From positions 1 through 16,371 of the forward strand of contig CAZTOS010000052.1 of the NCBI GenBank assembly GCA_964615185.1: a stretch of 16,371 bases of DNA, given 5' to 3'. Each line of letters begins with the position of its first letter. Position 1 is the stretch's first letter. The notes beneath the pieces were generated by a model. It was given only the letters and a program-made list of their open reading frames with translations. It ran no database searches and had not been told where the DNA came from. A program made the position numbers and the translations under genes. Source of the stretch: an uncultured Thermococci archaeon (GTDB taxonomy: Archaea; Methanobacteriota_B; Thermococci; Thermococcales; Thermococcaceae). Shown in pieces: positions 1 to 7,705 of the stretch.

Positions 1-428
1 TTGTCGTTGGGTATCCTAAAGAAATTGCAAGAGAACCTAATAAGGGTAAAAAGCAGAACTTCATACTCTCCCACGTCTGGCGTTTCAATTACGTTATCAA
101 ACGCTTAACTGAAGTTGCGGAAGAGTATGGTATTCAAGTTGTAATCACGGATGAGGCTTTCACTTCAAAAACTTGCCCCCTCTGCGGCCAACGCCATCCA
201 AACGGGCGTATTTTTAGAGGTTTGTTTAAGTGCCGCAGAGAGGGCGTTGTAATGAACGCTGATTTAGTTGGAGCTTTCAACATTTTGAAGAAGGTTGTGA
301 GAACGATAACCCCGAACTTGGGCGGTTTGCATGCCCAAGGGAGGGGTAACTGGCCGGAGACCCGGCCAGAGGGGCTGAAGTTAAGTTATGAAGCCCCTCA
401 AACCTTCCCGTCCATGGCGAGGGGTTAA
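1..428 (+). CDS. tnpB: RNA-guided endonuclease TnpB (IS200/IS605 OrfB), 5'-truncated by the window edge
   Basis: Frame from nt 3 is open to the TAA at 426-428: VVGYPKEI...[37 protein letters not shown]...[19 protein letters not shown]. This contains a zinc ribbon and the RuvC-III NAD motif typical of TnpB. The track ORF 222..428 is its C-terminal part. Confidence 0.93.
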   Translation, partial: VVGYPKEIAREPNKGKKQNFILSHVWRFNYVIKRLTEVAEEYGIQVVITDEAFTSKTCPLCGQRHPNGRIFRGLFKCRREGVVMNADLVGAFNILKKVVRTITPNLGGLHAQGRGNWPETRPEGLKLSYEAPQTFPSMARG

Positions 429-469
429 TTTATTGGAACCCTCGCCCTTCACGGCGGGGAGGAGGTCAG
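1..469 (+). mobile_element. Right part of an IS200/IS605-family insertion sequence; right end at about TCAG 466-469
   Basis: tnpB is followed by a subterminal hairpin (CCTCGCC-cttcac-GGCGGGG, 440-459) and GGAGGAGGTCAG. Host coding sequence resumes at 470. Confidence 0.88.
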
Positions 470-489
470 TTAGCACTAAAAGCAAAAGA
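306..489 (+). ncRNA. Putative TnpB omegaRNA/reRNA scaffold overlapping the tnpB 3' end, with guide from flanking DNA (about 470-489)
   Basis: Stems 317-323/333-339, 350-357/362-369, 369-376/392-399 and 440-446/453-459, plus a possible long-range pairing 307-313/421-427. Position matches known TnpB right-end RNAs. Boundaries are approximate. Confidence 0.7.
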
Positions 490-625
490 AAATGGAGAGG
501 AGAAAGTTATCCTATTCAATCTAAGCGGGCATGGATTATTGGATCTGAAGGGTTATGAGGACTTCCTGGAGGGTAAACTCCAAGACTATGAACCTAAAGA
601 AACTCAGATTGGAAATGGATATTAA
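470..625 (+). pseudogene. trpB2: 3' fragment of a TrpB-like PLP-dependent enzyme (TrpB2), interrupted by the IS
   Basis: Manual translation [51 protein letters not shown] carries the [11 protein letters not shown]-terminal signature of TrpB2. There is no in-frame start between the TGA at 389-391 and nt 470. Confidence 0.88.
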
Positions 626-1267
626 TCACGTGTGGCCTATTTTCTTTACAATTTTTTCAGGATAGAAGCTTAAGGACGCTTTAGCCTGTGGAATTTCCAT
701 CCCTATAGCAACTCCAAGGCTCATTAAATCTCTCGGAGCCCTAACTTCCCACTTACTTTCTGCTGAGGATGTAAGGAATCTTGGAACCTTATACTTCTCA
801 ACAAGCTGCCAGTTCTTCATCATGAACTTCAAAATGTTAGCCCTCTCATATGGATTTGCCCTTAAAAGCTGAGATATAGAAAAGCCAATTGCAACGTCAT
901 TCTTTGCGGCAATTTTTGCAAGAACATGGTCAAATCCGTTATCTTTCCTCCCAAATTCTGGGCTTATAAGGGCATCAACGCCAATTTCAAGGGCAAAGCG
1001 GTTAACTTTCATATTGCCTCCCTGAACATAAATTAAAGCCTTGAGATTTCTGTTTTTGATTTCTCTAATTAGTGAGGGTTTGTTTGTAATCACGAGAAGA
1101 GCAACTTTTTTGTATTTCCCCCTAAGCTCTCTGATTTCTTCTTTCAGCTTTTCATAATCTGGACTGCCGTTTAATGGGAGCTTTTTAGTAAAAACTACCT
1201 CATCATACCACTCCTCAGCCAACTCGTAAGCTTTCTCATCCCTGATGTCCAGCTCAATCCATTTCAT
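626..1267 (-). CDS. rnp3: Ribonuclease P protein component 3 (Rpp30 homolog)
   Basis: 213 aa with motifs [22 protein letters not shown] and [14 protein letters not shown]; lies in the usual neighbourhood of rpl15e. Confidence 0.92.
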   Translation of the reverse strand: MKWIELDIRDEKAYELAEEWYDEVVFTKKLPLNGSPDYEKLKEEIRELRGKYKKVALLVITNKPSLIREIKNRNLKALIYVQGGNMKVNRFALEIGVDALISPEFGRKDNGFDHVLAKIAAKNDVAIGFSISQLLRANPYERANILKFMMKNWQLVEKYKVPRFLTSSAESKWEVRAPRDLMSLGVAIGMEIPQAKASLSFYPEKIVKKIGHT

Positions 1268-1719
1268 TCACTCAGCCACTCCTTAACTGATTTTACAACG
1301 CTTTCTTTCTTCATTGGAAAAGCTTTGACCTTAATTCTCACATGGATTACATCCTCTCCCTCAGTTACTTTAACCTCACCGAGATAAGCTTTTTGCTTAT
1401 CAAAGCGAATGTAGAAGGTTCCAGTCTCATCAACTTTTTCCTCAGCATGCTCCGTGAGATAGGTCTTATCCTCTTCACTAAGCAGAGCTTTGAGGTTCTC
1501 AAGGAATTTTCTTACGTTTTTGCTTCTCTTAATTTCTGTGTCCATGACAAGGATTGGGTTTCCAAAGTAACCCTCCGTCTCAATTATCTCAAAGTTAACG
1601 TCTTGAGGGGATAAATCCTCAGGGAATAAAGCTTCTAATGCTTCCAGCACCTTCTCAGGGTCTTCAGTTGCATGAATGAACGTCCTGATTTTTACACTAT
1701 GAGCTTGAAGCTTTGCCAT
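1264..1719 (-). CDS. Conserved archaeal RNA-binding protein (DUF54/COG1325-like, exosome superoperon)
   Basis: Motifs [17 protein letters not shown] and [10 protein letters not shown]. Start moved to the ATG at 1719 because GAGGTGA precedes it. Overlaps the rnp3 start (ATGA). Confidence 0.85.
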   Translation of the reverse strand: MAKLQAHSVKIRTFIHATEDPEKVLEALEALFPEDLSPQDVNFEIIETEGYFGNPILVMDTEIKRSKNVRKFLENLKALLSEEDKTYLTEHAEEKVDETGTFYIRFDKQKAYLGEVKVTEGEDVIHVRIKVKAFPMKKESVVKSVKEWLSE

Positions 1720-1891
1720 AGCTCTCACCTCAAACATTTTTCACTCTCTCACTTTAAAATATGTTGCTCATGAAATTTAAGCATTTCTCCTAAAATCGTC
1801 AAATTCACGAATTTAAACCAATTAAAGCGAAATTATTAAAAATCTACGCTAAAAGAGGCTAATCGGGGTAAAAGAGAATAAGAAAAGCAAA

Positions 1892-2470
1892 TCACTTACC
1901 CTTGTTTGCTCTAATGCTTGGCCTAATCTTCTCAGCGCCCTTACCTTTGTTTCTGAGTCCTCTTGACTTCTTACCAGCGCTTGTGAGACCTCTAAAAACT
2001 CTACCCTTGTGAACCTTCATTGCAATCCAAGCTATCTTAGGATCGGACTTGATGACTGGGTGGTGTGGGTCAACCATTATAACCTCAAACCACTTGTACA
2101 TTCCATCCTCGCCAACCCAGTAGGAGTTGAGCACCTCAAGGTTGGGGAACTTTCTTGCTGCCTTTTCCTCAGCAATCCACTGGAGGCTCTTTTTGGGTGA
2201 GTACTTGACCATACCCATCTTGCTTGGCTTTCTACCGCCCCTCCACCTTGGTCTCTTTCTTCCACCTTTTCTCACTCTAACCCTAACGAGAACATAACCT
2301 TGTTTTGCCTGATAGCCTAAGCTCCTTGCTCTATCAAGTCTTGTTGGTCTCTCAATCCTAATAACGCTTGGCTCCCTTCTCCACTTAATCATTCTAACCT
2401 TCAAAAGCTGTCCAACATAGCTCTTCTTTGGGCTCTTCCAAGCTTCCCTAATGTATTTGTACATTCCCAT
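1892..2470 (-). CDS. rpl15e: 50S ribosomal protein L15e
   Basis: Motifs [32 protein letters not shown] and [10 protein letters not shown]. Start set at the ATG at 2470 (MGMYKY); the track's GTG lies inside the GAGGTGA ribosome-binding site. Confidence 0.97.
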   Translation of the reverse strand: MGMYKYIREAWKSPKKSYVGQLLKVRMIKWRREPSVIRIERPTRLDRARSLGYQAKQGYVLVRVRVRKGGRKRPRWRGGRKPSKMGMVKYSPKKSLQWIAEEKAARKFPNLEVLNSYWVGEDGMYKWFEVIMVDPHHPVIKSDPKIAWIAMKVHKGRVFRGLTSAGKKSRGLRNKGKGAEKIRPSIRANKGK

Positions 2471-2475
2471 ATTTT

Positions 2476-2550
2476 TCACCTCGCTTTCACTGTTTGTGGT
2501 TCTCCGCAGAGCGGAACATCCCGCGGGTTTCCCCGCCCAGTCGAGGTGAG
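2476..2550 (-). promoter_or_regulatory. Structured 5' leader of rpl15e (probable eL15 ribosomal leader)
   Basis: On the mRNA, UCACCUCG (2549-2542) pairs with CGAGGUGA (2483-2476, the Shine-Dalgarno). The helix encloses GCGGG-GAAA-CCCGC (2536-2523) and UUCCGC-UCU-GCGGAG hairpins. Confidence 0.75.
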
Positions 2551-2562
2551 TTTAGAGTTTGA

Positions 2563-2622
2563 GTTTTTAAAAGTTGCGATTCTTCCTTCCAAATCCCAAA
2601 GACAACCACAACTTTTAAATAC
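2563..2622. promoter_or_regulatory. Back-to-back TATA boxes for rpl15e (minus, about 2564-2572) and leuS (plus, TTTAAATA 2614-2621)
   Basis: Both boxes are preceded by the same CAACTTTTAAA context on their own strand and sit just upstream of the structured leaders. Confidence 0.6.
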
Positions 2623-2643
2623 TCCAATTCCAAATCTATGGCG

Positions 2644-2746
2644 ATGCCAATGAGGGGGGAGTATCTTCTCAACTATCAAGGCTGAGCATTTCTTCGATAA
2701 TCCCCCTATTTGGCATTCTCAAGAATTCTCCGTGCATGCTCTTTTT
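2644..2746 (+). promoter_or_regulatory. Structured 5' leader of leuS
   Basis: Nested stems ATGCCAA 2644-2650/TTGGCAT 2710-2716, AGGGGG 2653-2658/CCCCCT 2702-2707 and TATC 2662-2665/GATA 2696-2699; T5 tract at 2742-2746. Confidence 0.55.
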
Positions 2747-2777
2747 GCTGTTCAAACAACATTAAGGAGGTCAGACT

Positions 2778-5654
2778 ATGGTAGATTTTAGGGCTATTGA
2801 GGAGAAGTGGCAGAGGAAGTGGAACGAAGAGAAAGTCTTTGAGCCAAAGATAGATAAAAATAAGCCAAAGTTCTACATCACAGTTGCTTTCCCATACCTA
2901 TCAGGACATCTGCACGTTGGACACGCAAGGACGTACACAATTCCAGATGTTATAGCGAGATTCAAGAGAATGCAAGGTTACAGTGTCTTGTTCCCAATGG
3001 CATGGCACATCACAGGTTCTCCAATAGTTGGAATTGCTGAAAGAATAAAGCACCGTGATCCCCAGACGATTTTCGTTTACAGGGATGTTTACAAAGTGCC
3101 AGAAGAAATTCTGTGGAGTTTTGAAGACCCAATAAACATTGTCAAATACTTCATGAAAGCGGCAAAGGAGACATTCATTAGGGCTGGATTCAGCGTTGAT
3201 TGGAGCAGAGAATTCCACACAACCTCACTGCATCCGCAGTTCAATGCTTTCATAACTTGGCAGTTCTTGAGGCTGAAAGAGAAAGGACTGATAGTTAAGG
3301 GAGCACACAGGGTTAGATGGGATCCAGTTGTTGGAACACCTCTTGGCGACCATGATTTGATGGATGGAGAAGATGTTCCAATTTTGGAGTACATCCTGAT
3401 TAAGTTCATCTTGGAGAAGGATGGTGAGATTATTTACTTGCCAGCTGCAACACTGAGACCAGAGACAGTTTACGGAGTAACTAACATGTGGCTGAACCCC
3501 AATGCCATATATGTCAAAGCCAAAGTGAAATACAAAGGAAAGGAAGAGGTATGGGTGGTCAGCAAAGAGGCGGCATATAAGCTAAGCTTCCAAGACAAGG
3601 AAATTGAAGTTCTGGAGGAGTTCAAAGGAGAGAAGCTGATAGGCAAGTGGGTTAAGAATCCTGTCACTGGAGATGAGATAATAATTCTGCCAGCAGATTT
3701 CGTTGACCCAGATAATGCAACTGGAGTTGTGATGAGCGTTCCAGCACATGCACCGTTCGACCATGCCGCCTTGGAAGATTTGAAGAGAAACACGGAGATT
3801 CTGCTGAAGTATGATATTGACCCAAGAATCGTCGAGAACATCGCATACATCTCGCTAATTGAGCTGGAAGGCTACGGCGAGTTCCCAGCAGTTGAGGAAG
3901 CAGAAAAATTGGGAGTGAAAAGTCAAGAGGATAAAGAAAAGCTGGAGCAGGCGACAAAGATCATTTACAAGGCTGAATACCATAAGGGCATCTTCAAGAT
4001 TGAGCCATACAAGGGCATTCCAGTCAGCAAAGTTAAGGACTTAGTTGCCGAAGACATGAAGAAGAAGGGAATTGCTGATATTATGTATGAATTTGCCGAC
4101 AAGAATGTCATTTCAAGATTTGGAAACAGGGCTGTAGTTAAGATAATCCACGACCAGTGGTTCATTGACTATGGAAACCCAGAGTGGAAAGCCAAGGCTT
4201 TTGAGTGCCTGGAGCAGATGAGGATAATTCCAGAGTCAAGGAGAGCCCAGTTTAAGGCAGTGTTTGATTGGATAGAGAAGAAAGCATGTGCAAGAAAGAT
4301 TGGACTGGGAACTCCACTACCTTGGGATCCAGAGTGGGTGATTGAGAGCTTGAGTGATTCAACGATTTACATGGCTTACTACACAATCTCAAGGGCGATT
4401 AACAAGTATGGCATCAAAGGAGAACAGTTAATTCCAGAGCTATTTGACTACATATTCCTGGAGGAGAGGAACGAGGAGAAAGAGAAGGAGCTGAGCGAAA
4501 AGACTGGAATTCCAGCAGAGGTCATCAGGGAAATGAAAGATGAGTTCGAATACTGGTATCCGCTGGACTGGAGATGCTCTGCCAAAGACCTAATTCCAAA
4601 TCACCTAACGTTCTTCGTTTTCAACCATGTAGCAATCTTTGACAAGAAGTACTGGCCGAAGGGAATAGCCGTCAACGGCTATGGAACGCTGGAAGGCAAG
4701 AAGATGAGCAAGAGCAAAGGAAACGTGCTGAACTTCATTGATGCGATAAAGGAGAACGGAGCCGATGTTGTGAGACTATATATAATGAGCCTGGCTGAGC
4801 ATGACAGTGACTTTGACTGGAGAAGCAAAGAGGTATCAAAGCTGAAAGGACAGTTGGAGAGGTTCTATGAGCTGGTAAGTGAATTTGCAAGTTACGAAGC
4901 AAAGCCAACCGAGCTGAAAGACATTGACAAGTGGATGTTGCATAGATTAAACAAAGCGATTGAGGGAGCAACTAAAGCCTTGGAAGAATTCAGAACAAGA
5001 ACCGCTGTCCAGTGGGCATTCTACAGCATATTGAACGACTTGAGATGGTACATGAGGAGAACTGAAGGCAGAAACGACGAAGCAAAGCGCTATGTCTTGA
5101 GAACACTGGCAGATATATGGGTTCGCTTGATGGCACCGTTTACACCGCATATCTGTGAGGAGCTGTGGGAGAAGCTAAGTGGAGAGGGATTTGTCAGCTT
5201 GGCTAAGTGGCCTGAACCAAATCCAGAGTGGTGGAATGAGACAATAGAGCTGGAAGAAGATTACATTAAGTCACTAATTGAGGACATCAAGGAGATCATA
5301 AGGGTTGCAAAGCTTGAGGATGCAAAGAGGGCTTACATCTACACAGCTCCAGAGTGGAAGTGGAAGGTTGCTGAGATTGTTGCAGAGAAGAGGGACTTTA
5401 AGGCAGTAATGAGCGAAGTCATGAAAGACCCAGAGATGAGAAAGAAGGGCAAAGAAGTTGCAAACTTAGTAAACAAGCTGATAAAAGAGAGGGCTTTTGA
5501 GGTAAAGCGCATTGATGAAGAAAAAGCCTTGAGGGAGGCAAAAGATTTCATTGAGAAAGAGCTTAGCTTGGAGATTGTTATTAATCCAGAGGAAGACAAA
5601 GGTGGAAAAGCTAAACAGGCAATGCCGATGAAACCAGCTGTGTTTATTGAGTGA
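2778..5654 (+). CDS. leuS: Leucine--tRNA ligase (archaeal/eukaryal type)
   Basis: 958 aa with [12 protein letters not shown] (HIGH motif), KMSKSKGN, editing-domain motifs ATLRPET and [14 protein letters not shown], and [20 protein letters not shown] ribosome-binding site upstream. Confidence 0.98.
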   Translation: MVDFRAIEEKWQRKWNEEKVFEPKIDKNKPKFYITVAFPYLSGHLHVGHARTYTIPDVIARFKRMQGYSVLFPMAWHITGSPIVGIAERIKHRDPQTIFVYRDVYKVPEEILWSFEDPINIVKYFMKAAKETFIRAGFSVDWSREFHTTSLHPQFNAFITWQFLRLKEKGLIVKGAHRVRWDPVVGTPLGDHDLMDGEDVPILEYILIKFILEKDGEIIYLPAATLRPETVYGVTNMWLNPNAIYVKAKVKYKGKEEVWVVSKEAAYKLSFQDKEIEVLEEFKGEKLIGKWVKNPVTGDEIIILPADFVDPDNATGVVMSVPAHAPFDHAALEDLKRNTEILLKYDIDPRIVENIAYISLIELEGYGEFPAVEEAEKLGVKSQEDKEKLEQATKIIYKAEYHKGIFKIEPYKGIPVSKVKDLVAEDMKKKGIADIMYEFADKNVISRFGNRAVVKIIHDQWFIDYGNPEWKAKAFECLEQMRIIPESRRAQFKAVFDWIEKKACARKIGLGTPLPWDPEWVIESLSDSTIYMAYYTISRAINKYGIKGEQLIPELFDYIFLEERNEEKEKELSEKTGIPAEVIREMKDEFEYWYPLDWRCSAKDLIPNHLTFFVFNHVAIFDKKYWPKGIAVNGYGTLEGKKMSKSKGNVLNFIDAIKENGADVVRLYIMSLAEHDSDFDWRSKEVSKLKGQLERFYELVSEFASYEAKPTELKDIDKWMLHRLNKAIEGATKALEEFRTRTAVQWAFYSILNDLRWYMRRTEGRNDEAKRYVLRTLADIWVRLMAPFTPHICEELWEKLSGEGFVSLAKWPEPNPEWWNETIELEEDYIKSLIEDIKEIIRVAKLEDAKRAYIYTAPEWKWKVAEIVAEKRDFKAVMSEVMKDPEMRKKGKEVANLVNKLIKERAFEVKRIDEEKALREAKDFIEKELSLEIVINPEEDKGGKAKQAMPMKPAVFIE

Positions 5655-5657
5655 GGC

Positions 5658-5690
5658 AGGAGAGGGGGAGAAGAATCTCCCCCATCTCCT
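5658..5690. terminator. GC-rich hairpin immediately after the leuS stop; possible terminator or 3' stabiliser between convergent genes
   Basis: AGGAGA-GGGGGAGA / AGAA loop / TCTCCCCC-a-TCTCCT forms a 14-bp stem with one bulge. Function is inferred from position only. Confidence 0.45.
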
Positions 5691-5758
5691 ATCTTACCTA
5701 CTCCCCCACTCTTTTCCACTACCGGGGAAACTACGTTTCCCGCACCCTTCCTTTCTTC

Positions 5759-7261
5759 TCAACTATTGGGGGAGCTTCGCTCCCCTCGCCCCTCAAGCTT
5801 TTTGTAAACTCTAAGAACATCACGGAAAATTTCATTAACAATTCTTAGATGATGAAGAAAGCCGAGGTATTCGAGGGTTGAGGAATAGGGTGGAAAATCA
5901 ACGAGAACAGGGTTATGCACAGCATCGCTGAGCTTATGATATTCAGCATATGCCTTATATTTTTGTGACTCTTTCAACCTACCCTTCTTGCTGGGCACTT
6001 GAATATTTGTATTTATAGCATCAAATACTAACATTTTGTGAAGTCTCAAGATATCAATTGTTTCAATATATACAGTGTCTCTGAAGTTGATAGCACGGAC
6101 AGTAGCTTCTATAATCCTTTTTTTCTTTTTTATCATTGCTCTACTCTTTGTTATTACACTTTGAATGTTTCCAGCGTTATAGTGGCTTTTTAATTCTTCA
6201 AAATTCCTAATTTCCAGATTCTCACCAATGTTATCTCCCACTCTTTCGATAATAATTGGAGCTAGGAGAGGTGTACCATCTGAGTCATAATACACTTTCA
6301 TCCATTTTGTTTCGAAGTTGCTTGTGTATTGTCTAAGTCCTAAATAAAGCATCCTCACCTTTTCTTCCTTTGATATTTCTTCTATTTCTATAATTTTTGA
6401 AAATTCCTCAGCAAACGACTTGATGAACAGAACAATTCCTAAATCTACAAGTAGTTTTCTGAGTAGTAGATAACCAGAGAAGAAATGCCCACTGTCCAGT
6501 ATATTGTATAGCTGGTGCACTATTCCAAGCATATCAGAAAAAGTTGCATCAATGTCTCCCTTCAGCTCAATCTGATAAACATTGGTAGTTGGAACAATAA
6601 TCATTTGTCTGAGCTTTTCAATCATTTTGGTTAGTGTCCTAATTTCATTAGTCATGTTTAAACCAACAAATTCAAAAACTTTGAAGATTTCAGGCATGAC
6701 AACTCTCAATTGAAGTTTTTGATATTGTGGTGAGAGCTCACTCGCCATACCATAAATCTGGTTTGGATAATCGTAACCTTCATTGAGTTTTTGGACAAAA
6801 TCTCTAATCTTCTCACTCCAGAACTTTTTATAGTATTCATTGCTGTCTATTATTATCACAGGCTTTTTGTAGTGGCTTCCAAAGTTAATCCACCATTTGA
6901 TTCCAATCCTTTCAAAATTCTTTGAAATGTAGCCAATCTTTGTTTGTTGATCTTCTTTCTCACGCTTTATTTCCTCTATTATCGCTTGAATTTCATTAAT
7001 CCACTTGTCAAATTCCTCTTGTATTTTTGGCTTAGCTTTCATAACATCCTTAAACTTTTCATCACAGTAGTTCCTAATGAACACAAGTAGGTTCTCTGTA
7101 GCTATCCTTGGGAAATCTGCAAATACTTTTCTTGTTCCAATCTTTATGCTTGCGTCTCTGGGATTTTGGAGTGTGAGATATGGAATCTCAAAAAGCTTTG
7201 CTGGATTTTTAGAAGACTGAACATAAGAAATAAGAGAGAATACTTCTTGCTTGGTTATCAT
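5759..7261 (-). CDS. Hypothetical protein (500 aa) with a possible HEPN-like C-terminal domain
   Basis: Long AT-rich ORF with a GGAGG ribosome-binding site (7271-7275). Motifs GYLLLRKLLVD and YHKLSDAVHNP resemble the LLR..LE and Y..LS..VH pattern of DUF5677-like HEPN proteins. The ORF is secure; the domain call is tentative. Confidence 0.7.
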   Translation of the reverse strand: MITKQEVFSLISYVQSSKNPAKLFEIPYLTLQNPRDASIKIGTRKVFADFPRIATENLLVFIRNYCDEKFKDVMKAKPKIQEEFDKWINEIQAIIEEIKREKEDQQTKIGYISKNFERIGIKWWINFGSHYKKPVIIIDSNEYYKKFWSEKIRDFVQKLNEGYDYPNQIYGMASELSPQYQKLQLRVVMPEIFKVFEFVGLNMTNEIRTLTKMIEKLRQMIIVPTTNVYQIELKGDIDATFSDMLGIVHQLYNILDSGHFFSGYLLLRKLLVDLGIVLFIKSFAEEFSKIIEIEEISKEEKVRMLYLGLRQYTSNFETKWMKVYYDSDGTPLLAPIIIERVGDNIGENLEIRNFEELKSHYNAGNIQSVITKSRAMIKKKKRIIEATVRAINFRDTVYIETIDILRLHKMLVFDAINTNIQVPSKKGRLKESQKYKAYAEYHKLSDAVHNPVLVDFPPYSSTLEYLGFLHHLRIVNEIFRDVLRVYKKLEGRGERSSPNS

Positions 7262-7280
7262 TGTTGTCTTCCTCCTAAAC

Positions 7281-7544
7281 CTAATCTAATACCCCGACTA
7301 TCTTAAGTTTAATTGTTGCAGTTTCGTGGTTCTTTATGTTTGAGATTATAAAGCAAATATTCCCTTCAGGAGCATACCACTCAACATTTAGCTCTCTTAT
7401 TTGTCTTCTTGAAGGTTTAGTATAAATCCGGTACGGCTTTTTCTCTTTAAAGTTCATATAATACTCCCTTTTGTCCATTACTAAGAAAATGAATTTTTAA
7501 GTGTGATGAATAATTCCAAACCAAAAAAGAACACGCTTGCTCAT
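7281..7544 (-). pseudogene. Remnant of a small exported or membrane-anchored protein
   Basis: GAGGTGA plus ATG at 7544 gives MSKRVLFWFGIIHHT*, with an in-frame TAA at 7499-7497. The same frame continues KFIFLVMDKREYYMNF...ICFIISN...LKIVGVLD* (track ORF 7281..7478). Confidence 0.55.
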
Positions 7545-7686
7545 AAAACCCTCACCTCTTGTTAAACTTTGCTTTACAAAGCTTTTAAATTTTCTCTCAA
7601 GTATGAGTAAATATATCTCAAAGCACTCGGATAATTATGAAGACTCTCCTAAGAAAAGTCAAAATCGAAACTCTTAAATTTAATAA

Positions 7687-7705
7687 CATGATATTAAATA
7701 TCATG
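7687..7705. promoter_or_regulatory. Perfect palindrome, candidate operator at the ATPase start
   Basis: CATGATATT-A-AATATCATG (9-bp arms) lies just downstream of a BRE/TATA-like GAAACTCTTAAATT (7667-7680). Confidence 0.6.

Noticed and set aside
306..469. IS end as a self-splicing intron (IStron) that would restore trpB2
   Set aside because: No group I intron core is visible, the left end is outside the window, and the hairpins are explained by the omegaRNA and IS end.
1801..1814. Short palindrome AAATTC-AC-GAATTT between rpl15e and the RNA-binding protein gene
   Set aside because: Six-bp AT-rich arms are unremarkable in this base composition.
2476..2679. Track ORFs 2476..2679 and 2487..2672
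   Set aside because: They span two promoters and RNA leaders and have no protein-like features or ribosome-binding site.
2778..5654. Intein in LeuRS
   Set aside because: The length is normal for an archaeal LeuRS and no intein splice motifs were seen.
2664..5766. 13-bp direct repeat TCTTCTCAACTAT flanking leuS (2664-2676 and 5754-5766)
   Set aside because: A 13-mer match is expected by chance in 16 kb, there is no integrase nearby, and the enclosed gene is essential. It is noted only because both copies lie in structured flanks.
5655..5795. tRNA, attachment site or CRISPR repeat interpretation of the hairpin cluster
   Set aside because: No cloverleaf or T-loop motif, no regularly spaced repeats, and no duplicate of the leuS 3' end seen on the far side of the island.
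2901..5848. Antisense ORFs within leuS and ORF 5651..5848
   Set aside because: These are shadow frames of a real gene or read-through of a pyrimidine-rich hairpin region.
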